Shown here: piece after piece, positions 47,069-56,115 of the stretch
Layout of the letters: the number at the start of each line of letters is the position of its first letter
Position numbering within the stretch: position 1 is the stretch's first letter
Assembly (NCBI GenBank): GCA_963790215.1
Contig: CAWBNS010000009.1
Span: 330,953-394,952, forward strand
DNA from: an uncultured Chlamydiae bacterium
Lineage (GTDB): Bacteria > Chlamydiota > Chlamydiia > Chlamydiales > JAJFMA01
DNA: 64,000 bases
Direction: 5' to 3'
Program-made: the position numbers and the translations under genes
Notes under the pieces: model-generated
What the model saw: only the letters and a program-made list of their open reading frames with translations
Database searches by the model: none
What the model was told of the DNA's origin: nothing

Positions 47069-48180
47069 TAATTAACGCGAGTTTTGGATAAGCCAGACTT
47101 AAAACCCTCTTAAGGTAAGTGATTTGAGTTGAAAAAAGACCTTCACAGGTTTAAAATTTTGTTTCGCAAACAAATTTTTAACTTGGAAGGTCCAAATGCT
47201 AAAGCAAGATGCTCTCTTATTGGTTTCAATTTTTTGTGATGTTGACGATTTTTGCAAGGAGTTTGAGCCGGAATGGAGAAAAGTTCTAATCGAAGACCAA
47301 AGTGGTCAATCACCTCAAGGTAGAAGAAGAAGGAATAGGAAAACCGAACTATTGCTGAGCGAAGCGATAACAATTGTTATTATGTTTCATAAAACTCGAC
47401 ATAGGACATTTAAAGATTATTATGAAAGATACGTTCTTGCTTTTCTGAGACCGTTCTTCCCTAAGTTGTTGAGTTATAGTAGGTTTATCAACTTGATGAA
47501 GACTTGTCTGTTTCCCTTATTTGTTTTTTCTCAAGGCTGTATGGGTCAGTGTAGCGGGATTTCTTTCGTCGACTCAACCATCTTAACTGTCTGTCATGCG
47601 CGTCGTATTAACTCGCACCGAGTATTCAAGAAAATGGCAAAGCGAGGAAAAACCTCAACAGGATGGTTTTACGGGTTTAAATTACACCTAATCATCAACG
47701 ATATTGGAGAAATCCTGGCCTACATGCTAACTTCAGGGAACATTGACGATCGTGTCCCTGTTCCGGGATTATCTCAAGGTCTATTTGGCAAACTTTTTGG
47801 AGACAAAGGCTATATTTCTCAAGAGCTGTTTCTTAATTTGTATGAGAAAGGAATTAGTATAATAACTAGGTTAAAAAAGAATATGAAAAACAAATTAATA
47901 TTACTAGTTGATAAATTATTGTTGAGAAGCCGTGGTGTTATAGAAAGTGTGAACAATAAGTTAAAATCAGACTGTCAGATTGAACACCATCGCCATCGCA
48001 GCCCACAAAATTTTCTGGTCAATCTCGTGAGTGGGATAGTGGCATATGCTTACGATACCTGCAAACCTTCGATACAGCTGACGAAAAAAGAAAAGCAAAA
48101 ACTATTTGATCAATTGGTGCCTAAACCGATCTGACGGACTGATTTTGATCAATTTTCTTATCCAAAACTCGCGTTAATTA
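47069..48180 (+). mobile_element. IS982-family insertion sequence
   Basis: 24-bp terminal IRs TAATTAACGCGAGTTTTGGATAAG (47069-47092 / 48157-48180) around a single transposase gene. Confidence 0.8.
47196..48134 (+). CDS. IS982-family DDE transposase
   Basis: 312 aa with FVDSTILTVCHARR, WFYGFKLHLIINDIGEI, SGNIDDR and GDKGYISQEL blocks. Confidence 0.85.
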   Translation: MLKQDALLLVSIFCDVDDFCKEFEPEWRKVLIEDQSGQSPQGRRRRNRKTELLLSEAITIVIMFHKTRHRTFKDYYERYVLAFLRPFFPKLLSYSRFINLMKTCLFPLFVFSQGCMGQCSGISFVDSTILTVCHARRINSHRVFKKMAKRGKTSTGWFYGFKLHLIINDIGEILAYMLTSGNIDDRVPVPGLSQGLFGKLFGDKGYISQELFLNLYEKGISIITRLKKNMKNKLILLVDKLLLRSRGVIESVNNKLKSDCQIEHHRHRSPQNFLVNLVSGIVAYAYDTCKPSIQLTKKEKQKLFDQLVPKPI

Positions 48181-48709
48181 ACGCGAGTTTTGGATAAGCC
48201 AGTCTTGGAAATAGCTTAAAGTAAGTGATTTGAGTTTAAAAAACTTCACAGGTTCAGGCTAAGATAAGTTTTTGTGATTATGCAATTGATAACAAGCTCA
48301 TTACGACAGGAAGACCCTCGTAGAGGGTCTCTGAATGTAGCCCACCGTGAACCTGCGAGCGTCAGCGAAGACAGGTGTAACGGTGGGTAGATGCGAAAAC
48401 AAATTCGCACCCCCGAAGGGGTGTGCCTCAACCTGTTTACAATTAACGAGCTGAGGCACTCTCGTTCGAGAGTGCGGGGCTATTGTGCGCTTATTCCCAC
48501 CGTTACACCTGTCTTCGCTGACGCTCGCAGGTTCACGGTGGGCTACATTCAGAGACCCTCTACGAGGGTCTTCCTGTCGTAATGAGCTTGTTATCAATTG
48601 CATAATCACAAAAACTTATCTTAGCCTGAACCTGTGAAGTTTTTTTCAACTCAAATAACTTATTCTAAGCTATTTCCAAGACTGGCTTATCCAAAACTCG
48701 CGTTAATTA
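48173..48709. mobile_element. MITE-like derivative carrying the IS982 termini, about 215-bp inverted arms and a 108-bp structured centre
   Basis: Its left end repeats the IS left end (acgcgagttttggataagcc...) directly after the IS right end. Arms 48173-48386 and 48495-48709 are near-perfect complements. The centre equals the 31121-31228 centre, inverted. Confidence 0.8.
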
Positions 48710-48778
48710 GCTTTTTGCGTGATTCTGGACAGTTTCGATAATTTTTCAACTAAATACTCAGGGTAGAGTTTTTAAATT

Positions 48779-48868
48779 TTCAGGATAACAGAATGAATAG
48801 GATAAATAGAAAACCTCAACTAATTTAAACAATTTTTAATTTCATCCTGTTCATCCTGTTATCCTGAA
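48779..48868. repeat. CAGGATAACAGGAT-type short palindromic repeat
   Basis: tcaggataacagaatgaataggat ... atcctgttcatcctgttatcctga. Confidence 0.6.
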
Positions 48869-49073
48869 GAAAAAAAAAAGAAAATAGCTTTGTCGAGAAT
48901 CTACTATCTAGATCATTTATCAGCTAGAATTATGAAATTGTGTCACAGGGAAAAATTCCTGGTCAACGTCCCTGTTGTCCTTGCAGTCCTTGCCATCCCT
49001 TTTTTCCCTTGATTGCTCAGAAAATAGGAATCCCTGTATACCTTAAGCCGTTTTTACCTTCAGGAGCGCACCG

Positions 49074-50444
49074 ATGACTTCCCAAACAGCACCGAAATTA
49101 TTTGGAACAGATGGGGTAAGAGGACGCGCAAATCACCCTCCTATGACTGTGGAGACGGCATTAGCTTTAGGCCGTGCTGCCGGTAAACTGTTTCGCCAAC
49201 ATAACGGTAAACATCGAGTTGTGGTCGGCAAAGACACCCGCCTCTCCTGCTATATGTTCGAAAACGCCCTCATCGCCGGACTCTGCAGTATGGGCGTCGA
49301 CACCCTAATGGTCGGCCCACTACCCACACCAGGAATCGCCTTTATCACCCGCGCCTACCGCGCCGATGCCGGTGTCATGGTCTCAGCGTCACACAACCGC
49401 TTTCAGGATAACGGCATCAAATTTTTCGACTCTGAAGGCTTTAAGCTCCCCGATGACTGGGAACGCCAAATGGAAGCCGCCGTAGCCGCCAACAACTTCT
49501 ACGATAGCCTTCCTTCGGGCGATCAGATCGGAAAAAACACACGTGTAGTAGACGCTGACGGACGCTATATCGAATTCGCCAAAGCCACCTTCGCAAAAAA
49601 GAAGTCACTAAAAAACATGCGCATCGCCCTTGACTGCGCCAACGGAGCCGCCTGGCGCGTCGCCCCACTCATCTTCCGCGAACTAGATGCCGAACTCTTC
49701 CTCTACGGCGCCAGCCCCAATGGCCTCAACATTAACGATCAATGCGGATCTCTATACCCCGAACTGATCCAGAAAGCCGTGATCGAACACAAAGCCGACG
49801 TAGGCATCGCTTTGGATGGCGATGCAGACCGCGTCATCATGGTCGATGAAAACGCGCAGATCGTCGACGGAGATACCCTCTTAGCTATCTGTGCACGCGA
49901 TATGAAACAGCGCGGACTCCTAGCCAACGACACCGTCGTCGGCACAGTCATGAGCAACCTTGGCTTCCTAAAAGCCATGGAAGAACAAGGCATTCGCGTC
50001 ATCAAAGCACAAGTAGGCGACCGCTACGTCATCCAAGAAATGATCGAGCACGGACTAAACCTCGGCGGTGAACAGAGCGGACACCTCATCTTCCTCGATC
50101 ACAATACCACCGGTGACGGCCTCGTCGCCGCACTGCAAGTGCTGCGTATCATGGTTGAGACAGAATCGCGCCTCTCCGATCTAGCCGCCGTCATTCGCAA
50201 ATACCCTCAGACACTACTCAACGTCAAAGTCTCTCGCAAACCCCCTCTCGAAACTTTACCAAAGGTATCCGAAACAATCCGTACCGTCGAAGAAAAGCTC
50301 GGCGACAGCGGACGCGTACTCGTACGCTATTCCGGGACAGAATCGATCTGTCGCGTCATGGTCGAAGGACCCAAACAAGCGCAAGTGCAAGCTTTCGCCG
50401 ACGAAATCGGCGATGTAATACGCGCAGAAATAGGAGTGAATTAG
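49074..50444 (+). CDS. glmM: Phosphoglucosamine mutase
   Basis: 456 aa with FGTDGVRG, SASHNRFQDNGIKFF and GEQSGH. Confidence 0.95.
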   Translation: MTSQTAPKLFGTDGVRGRANHPPMTVETALALGRAAGKLFRQHNGKHRVVVGKDTRLSCYMFENALIAGLCSMGVDTLMVGPLPTPGIAFITRAYRADAGVMVSASHNRFQDNGIKFFDSEGFKLPDDWERQMEAAVAANNFYDSLPSGDQIGKNTRVVDADGRYIEFAKATFAKKKSLKNMRIALDCANGAAWRVAPLIFRELDAELFLYGASPNGLNINDQCGSLYPELIQKAVIEHKADVGIALDGDADRVIMVDENAQIVDGDTLLAICARDMKQRGLLANDTVVGTVMSNLGFLKAMEEQGIRVIKAQVGDRYVIQEMIEHGLNLGGEQSGHLIFLDHNTTGDGLVAALQVLRIMVETESRLSDLAAVIRKYPQTLLNVKVSRKPPLETLPKVSETIRTVEEKLGDSGRVLVRYSGTESICRVMVEGPKQAQVQAFADEIGDVIRAEIGVN

Positions 50445-50445
50445 C

Positions 50446-52272
50446 ATGTGCGGAATTTTTGGATATGTCGGCCCCGACAATGCTGTAGAACTCTGTCTCG
50501 AAGGTCTCAGAAAGCTAGAATACCGCGGATATGACTCTGCAGGCATAGCTGGAATACATAACGACCGAATCGGCCATTGCAAAGTCGTAGGCAACATCGA
50601 CGCCCTCGCCCAAGAACTCAATGGCAGCGACCTGGATCTCGACACAGCCATCGCACAGACACGGTGGGCCACACACGGCAAACCCTCAGTAGAGAATGCA
50701 CACCCTCATTTTGACAACGAAGAAACCCTAGCGGTCGTTCACAACGGCATTATCGAAAATCACGAAGCCCTCAGAAATATGCTCAAAGAAAAAGGCTTCA
50801 TTTTCAAATCTGAAACCGACTCAGAAGTCATTGCACACCTTATCGCCTACTTCTACGAAGGCGACATCCTACGAGCCGTACAGCAATCACTACCATTACT
50901 GCAAGGCGCATTTGCCCTCGCCATCATCCACAAACAGTTCCCAGGGCAAATCATTGCCGTAGCCTCCGAATCGCCCCTAGCCGTGGGCATCGGCGCCGGA
51001 GAAGCCTTTATCGCATCCGACTCCCTAGCACTTCGATCCGTCGCTAAAGAGGTCATCTACCTCTCCGACTGCGAAGTCGCCGTCGTACGCGCTGACCAAA
51101 TCGAAACATTCGACGCCTCCATGTCCAAGATTATCAAAACACGCGAACTCGTCGCTAGCCACGCAGAAGAAATCACCAAGGAAGGCTACGAACACTACAC
51201 CCTCAAAGAAATCTTTGAACAACCTCGGTCTCTCCATAACGCAATCAACGGACGCTTCATTCTCGATTACGGAACCGCCGATCTGGAAAGTTTAGGACTA
51301 GATGTAAGCGAACTTCTTTCCGTGCAACGCATCCTAATCCTAGCCTGTGGTACCTCGTGGAACGCAGGATATGTAGCCTCCTATATGCTTGAGGACCTGG
51401 CGCGCATCCCCGTGCAAGTAGAGATCTCCTCTGAGTTCCGCTACAAAAATCCTATCCTGCCTCCAGGTACACTCGTCATCGCCATCAGCCAATCCGGCGA
51501 AACAGCCGACACCTTAGCCGCTGTGCGTGAACTGAAAGCCAAAGGCGCAAAAGTCCTCGCCCTCTGCAACGTACACAGCTCCAGCCTAACTAGAGAAGCC
51601 ACAGGAACCCTCTTTCTGCGCGCCGGACCCGAAATCGGCGTCTGCTCCACCAAAGCCTTTACCAGTATGGTCGCCGCGCTAGCCCTGTTTTCTCTCATGA
51701 TGGCCCGCATGCGCAACATGGACCAAAGCAAAGGACAAGAATTCCTCTCCGCACTCAAAAAGCTCCCGCAACAAGTACAAACCATCCTAGATGCCGCAGA
51801 AAACATCCAAACCATCGCCAAAAAATATGCCAAATACGACAATTTCTTCTTCATCGGAAGAAAATACATGTTCCCAACAGCCCTGGAGGGAGCATTAAAA
51901 CTAAAGGAAATTTCCTACATCAATGCCAACGGTTACCCCGCTGGCGAAATGAAACACGGCCCCATCGCCCTCATCAGCGAACAATGCCCAACCGTCGCAC
52001 TCTGCGCCAATGACGCCACACTAGTTAAAGTTCTCAGTAATTTAATGGAAATTAAAGCCCGCAAAGGCCCCCTCATTACCATCGCAAAAAAAGGGACCAA
52101 AGGCATTGACACCATAGCCGATGAAGTCATCTGGATCCCACCAACCATAGATGAACTCGCGCCCATCCCCGTTACCGTAGTAACCCAACTCCTCGCCTAC
52201 TACATCGCTCACGAACGCGGCACCAACATCGACCAACCTCGCAATTTGGCTAAGTCCGTTACCGTGGAATAA
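50446..52272 (+). CDS. glmS: Glutamine--fructose-6-phosphate aminotransferase
   Basis: 608 aa with an MCGIFGY N-terminal nucleophile, two SIS domains and a C-terminal ...NLAKSVTVE. Confidence 0.97.
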   Translation: MCGIFGYVGPDNAVELCLEGLRKLEYRGYDSAGIAGIHNDRIGHCKVVGNIDALAQELNGSDLDLDTAIAQTRWATHGKPSVENAHPHFDNEETLAVVHNGIIENHEALRNMLKEKGFIFKSETDSEVIAHLIAYFYEGDILRAVQQSLPLLQGAFALAIIHKQFPGQIIAVASESPLAVGIGAGEAFIASDSLALRSVAKEVIYLSDCEVAVVRADQIETFDASMSKIIKTRELVASHAEEITKEGYEHYTLKEIFEQPRSLHNAINGRFILDYGTADLESLGLDVSELLSVQRILILACGTSWNAGYVASYMLEDLARIPVQVEISSEFRYKNPILPPGTLVIAISQSGETADTLAAVRELKAKGAKVLALCNVHSSSLTREATGTLFLRAGPEIGVCSTKAFTSMVAALALFSLMMARMRNMDQSKGQEFLSALKKLPQQVQTILDAAENIQTIAKKYAKYDNFFFIGRKYMFPTALEGALKLKEISYINANGYPAGEMKHGPIALISEQCPTVALCANDATLVKVLSNLMEIKARKGPLITIAKKGTKGIDTIADEVIWIPPTIDELAPIPVTVVTQLLAYYIAHERGTNIDQPRNLAKSVTVE

Positions 52273-52338
52273 GAAAAATGAGGATGAAGGACGAAGTGCG
52301 AAGAACGAAAAGTGGTGAATCTGATTTTTTTTAGCACG

Positions 52339-52581
52339 ATAAGCAGGATAATATCCCATACGCATCAGGCTAAAATAAGTTTTTGATGCATATACAATTG
52401 ATAGTAAATTCGTTGCGACAAGAAAACCCTCGTAGAGGGTCTTCCTGTCGTAATGAGCTTGTATCAATTGCATAATCACAAAAACTTATCTTAGCCTGAA
52501 CCTGTGAAGTTTAGTTTTTTCAACTCAAATAACTTATTCTAAGCTATTTCCAAGACTGGCCTTATCCAAAACTCGCGTTAA
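52339..52581. repeat. Collapsed/remnant copy of the MITE family (inner arms fused, right IS982-type terminus)
   Basis: ...caattgatagtaaattcgttgcgacaagaaaaccctcgtagagggtcttcctgtcgtaatgagcttgtatcaattg... then the 48560-48705-like right end. Confidence 0.7.
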
Positions 52582-52740
52582 AAAAGCAAAAAAATCTGTG
52601 TTTTCTAAACATTTATAATCGTGTGTTAAGCATGAGCACCGCTTTACCGGATGATCCACATTTCAAATTTCTCTTCTTTGATCCCGGCGATGAATGAGCT
52701 GGACTGCGTTATGTCAACGCGTCCAGCTCGTCTGGAAAAA

Positions 52741-53811
52741 CTAAATCTTCTCATACAGTGAACGCTGATAGGACTTACGCGCCCGATAATAAGCAAACAA
52801 CGCTGAAATGGCTAATAGTGTGCCAATCTGTGCAGTCAGTGGAACTTTCTCCAGCTGATGCAAGGTGCCACGGGCAAATCCCGCCAACACCGGAATACTT
52901 CTGCTCGCCAAAGGCTTAACAACGTAATGCACAGCGACGAGTGGTGTTAACGCCACCATTCCAAATCGAATAGCCCCAGCAAAAAGCCAGTTCAACTTCC
53001 GATTTTTGAATACTTGCGCTATTTGCTCAGGAACAGACACAGAAATTGGGCGGCATATTGTTGATTTTCCCATGCGCCGGCCATAGTTTTCATGAGATTC
53101 GACAAACCTGATCGTCCTCAACTTCTGGTAACCCGAATGCAGTAGCTTACCAACACCCAATGCAGTCGTCCCAATCGCCAATCCTACGCCTAGCTTCGAT
53201 TTTCTAAACAGATAGGCCCCGGCTAATCCCGCCACTAAAAACGAACGAAAAACTGACTTTTTTGGGATCTGAACTTTTCCCCAGGCCGATTTTGTTTTAG
53301 AAGTTACTGAATCTCGTTCAGGATCAAAAAGATCCCAGTTAACCTCATTAAGTGATTTTGTTTCATCCTTTTGAACTCGAGTTAAATCATCTGGAGTAAA
53401 TTCACCAACTTTAGAACGTTTAATCCTAAAATATTTTTCTCGTAACGAATCAGTGCTTCGGAGTTCATTCTCTCCTTCGACTACATAGTTTTCAAGATTT
53501 TCAAATGGGTCATTTTTAAAAAGCTCAAAAATTAGCCTATGAAAATCCGAATTCGTAAGGGCCAGGGCCTCTTTAGAAACCAAAAATACGCCTTCAGAGA
53601 CGACGATCTTGTCGATCAAAGAGACGACCTGCTGGTTGATCACATTCTGTTTGCGTAAAAAAACAAATATCTTATCAAAAGTTTTATTCAATATATGTTT
53701 TTTAATTATACTTCGATCCATTATTTCAGTTAGATAATTAATAAATCCAGGGTGAGAATTAATACCCTTAGCAAAAATTCCTACAAAGGTTTTTGGGGGT
53801 TCAAGCTCCAT
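52741..53811 (-). CDS. Membrane protein, unknown function (paralogous C-terminal module with 54097..55074)
   Basis: ATG at 53811 with GGAG 5 nt upstream; the track start at 53853 is TTG. Hydrophobic segments lie in the C-terminal 170 aa, e.g. LVAVHYVVKPLASRSIPVLAG. Confidence 0.6.
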   Translation of the reverse strand: MELEPPKTFVGIFAKGINSHPGFINYLTEIMDRSIIKKHILNKTFDKIFVFLRKQNVINQQVVSLIDKIVVSEGVFLVSKEALALTNSDFHRLIFELFKNDPFENLENYVVEGENELRSTDSLREKYFRIKRSKVGEFTPDDLTRVQKDETKSLNEVNWDLFDPERDSVTSKTKSAWGKVQIPKKSVFRSFLVAGLAGAYLFRKSKLGVGLAIGTTALGVGKLLHSGYQKLRTIRFVESHENYGRRMGKSTICRPISVSVPEQIAQVFKNRKLNWLFAGAIRFGMVALTPLVAVHYVVKPLASRSIPVLAGFARGTLHQLEKVPLTAQIGTLLAISALFAYYRARKSYQRSLYEKI

Positions 53812-53960
53812 GATTTCTCCTATTGTTAATCTTTTTAAAAATGAATTATACAAATAATGTGACTTAAAATCAAGATCTTTCTATTATAGCTTTTAATTTA
53901 GTCTTCAGGGCTCATCGCGCAAATGAGTACTTGCAGATCAGATGATTTAGGAACAGGAAC

Positions 53961-54100
53961 GAGGGTCTTCCTGTCGTAATGAGCTTGTATCAATTGCATA
54001 ATCACAAAAACTTATCTTAGCCTGAACCTGTGAAGTTTTTTAAACTCAAATCACTTACTTTAAGCTATTTCCAAGACTGGCTTATCCAAAATTGCGTTAA
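53961..54100. repeat. Half-MITE remnant (IS982-type terminus), same orientation as 52440-52581
   Basis: gagggtcttcctgtcgtaatgagcttgtatcaattgcataatcac...ccaagactggcttatccaaaattgcgttaa. It contains the stop codon of the next gene. Confidence 0.7.
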
Positions 54101-55074
54101 ACTAACTCATATTTCGAACGCTTATGCCTATGTACATAGGTGAACAAGGTCGAAAGAGCTATCAGGGCTCCTATCTTCACCGCGACCGGCCATTTGTCTA
54201 GATGCTGCAGGACATAGCACGTTGAGCCAGACAGTATAGGAATAGTCCTGCGTGCCAGGGGCTTTACTGCGTAGTGAGCTACTACAAGCTGCGTCAAAGA
54301 AACAGCCCCAAAGGTGGTCGCTAAAGACATCTTGGATCCGAACTTTTTATCGATAACCTTTAGTCCCCTACCTATAGCTGAGGATTGAAAATCGAATGTA
54401 TCTTCTCGCAAAGATTTGCAATACCCTACCAGCTGTCTGGGTCCTTTCCTTAGCCGAGACAACATAAGCAGACCGCCAAACCCAGCCACTCCAAACAAAC
54501 CAACAGCTCCTACTCTAGTTCTTCGAAGAAAATAAGCGTGTGCTAAGCAGATCAGGAGCATTCCTTTAAAAAGCGACTGAATAGAGACTTTGAACAATTT
54601 CTCTGCTTTTTGCTTTGGAATATACGTATAACGATTTTTTGGTACTATCATAGGATCTACGTCACCAGTCAGCACTCGATATGTAAGGCACACACCCCGC
54701 TCTATGGCGTCGTCAAGAGATTCGATATAAAAAAAAGTATTCACACCTTGGAGATGGTATTTAAGGTGGTTACTTTCTTTATTTTTTTTACCCGCAATTT
54801 CTTTGATAGCATCGGAAAATTTTTCAGCGGTAGCAATATTGTCACCCAGATCAATCACGTCATCTGATAGGAATAGACGCTCGTTATTATAAATAACTAG
54901 ACCGTTCAAACGCTTATTTTTAAGGTACTTCCACAAATCATCAGAAACCTTATTTCCTTGAATAAAACCATCAATCGTCGAATTTCTTTCGGTAATTTTA
55001 TATATACTCAACAGCGAACAATCCGACTTCAATTTAGCCTTAAAAGTAAGACTTTCTACGATATTTATATTCAA
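54097..55074 (-). CDS. Membrane protein, unknown function (paralogue of 52741..53811 in its C-terminal module)
   Basis: 325 aa. LVVAHYAVKPLARRTIPILSG and flanking hydrophobic segments align with the neighbour, but the N-terminal 160 aa are unrelated. Confidence 0.6.
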   Translation of the reverse strand: MNINIVESLTFKAKLKSDCSLLSIYKITERNSTIDGFIQGNKVSDDLWKYLKNKRLNGLVIYNNERLFLSDDVIDLGDNIATAEKFSDAIKEIAGKKNKESNHLKYHLQGVNTFFYIESLDDAIERGVCLTYRVLTGDVDPMIVPKNRYTYIPKQKAEKLFKVSIQSLFKGMLLICLAHAYFLRRTRVGAVGLFGVAGFGGLLMLSRLRKGPRQLVGYCKSLREDTFDFQSSAIGRGLKVIDKKFGSKMSLATTFGAVSLTQLVVAHYAVKPLARRTIPILSGSTCYVLQHLDKWPVAVKIGALIALSTLFTYVHRHKRSKYELV

Positions 55075-55156
55075 AATTCGCCTACAAAACAGTTATCGAA
55101 CAAAAAACATAACACTTCATCAATTTAATTGAAATTTTTTGATAATAGAGCAAAGA

Positions 55157-56101
55157 TTAACTCGCGTTAGCCTCAATCTGTTTTAGGCGAGCCCAGGGAC
55201 TATAATAGGGGAAAGGATCGCAGTGGATGTTATTTTCCAAGGCATCTTTAAGATCTTTTTTAAATTCGGCCTGGTAGTCTTTTAGCCATGCGAGAAAGGA
55301 ATCGAGTGAGTCTGGTTGATCAAAGACTTGCTTTAAGGTGTGTTTGAGTAAACCTCTAAGGCCGCGAACAGCCTCATGGCAGATTTGAGCCTCATTTTCA
55401 GTTTGTTCTGGTTTCTTTGTGAGGGTGTAGATTTTTTTTTCGAATTTTTCGGCTTTTTGGCAAGCGAGTTCATAAGGATCAATAGAGGTGTTCCAGAGCG
55501 CTTGATTTTGTCGCAGATTTCTGGCGTAGACTTGATATTTGAGTTCACGAATCGTATCGTACCAGCCGGTCACTTGATCAGGTGCTTGCTCAGTAGCTTC
55601 TTTTACATAATCACTCCTAGCCTTCGAGAATTCTTCGACTGTGGCTTGGAAGACTTTTAAATAGTTGCGTTTTTCTTCACGGAAGCGGAGTTTTCGTTTC
55701 TGGATAAAGTCTGCCTGTGGTTGTAGGCTGGTTTCGAATCGTGTAAGGATAGTTTCGCGCATTATTTCAGCTGCTTGGATCGATTTTTCTTCTATTTTTC
55801 GCGGATTGGAGAGGCTGAAGATAGCTGCTGCGGCAACGGTGGTGGCGGTGGCTCCGCCCCAAGCGCGTGCACCAAAATGTGAGGCTTTGCGTGGAAAGGC
55901 GTCAACATATCCCATGGTCAGCGGAAAGGTAGCTAGAGAAAACATAACGTGAAGGGTGCAATAGGAGATGGTCTCGGCTAAGCCGACAAAGGCGGCGGCG
56001 GCATAGCGTTTTTTTTGTTTGAACCAGCTAAGGCCCTCTGCGTTCGACGTACCATCAATAATACGTTTAGCATAAGTAGGTTGAAGATAGGCTACAAACA
56101 C
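55157..56101 (-). CDS. Inc-like membrane protein candidate (N-terminal hydrophobic lobes, long charged helical C-terminus)
   Basis: AAAAFVGLAETISYCTLHVMFSLATFPLTMGY ... GGATATTVAAAAIFSL, then about 200 aa of K/E/Q-rich helix. GTG start 15 nt after the cmk stop. Confidence 0.55.
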   Translation of the reverse strand: MFVAYLQPTYAKRIIDGTSNAEGLSWFKQKKRYAAAAFVGLAETISYCTLHVMFSLATFPLTMGYVDAFPRKASHFGARAWGGATATTVAAAAIFSLSNPRKIEEKSIQAAEIMRETILTRFETSLQPQADFIQKRKLRFREEKRNYLKVFQATVEEFSKARSDYVKEATEQAPDQVTGWYDTIRELKYQVYARNLRQNQALWNTSIDPYELACQKAEKFEKKIYTLTKKPEQTENEAQICHEAVRGLRGLLKHTLKQVFDQPDSLDSFLAWLKDYQAEFKKDLKDALENNIHCDPFPYYSPWARLKQIEANAS

Positions 56102-56115
56102 GGGTACTACGGGCT

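Noticed and set aside
52042-52479. 145-aa minus-strand ORF overlapping the end of glmS and the repeat remnant.
   Set aside because: It is antisense to a strongly supported gene, and its N-terminus is the recurrent repeat-derived peptide MIMQLI... seen in other element copies.
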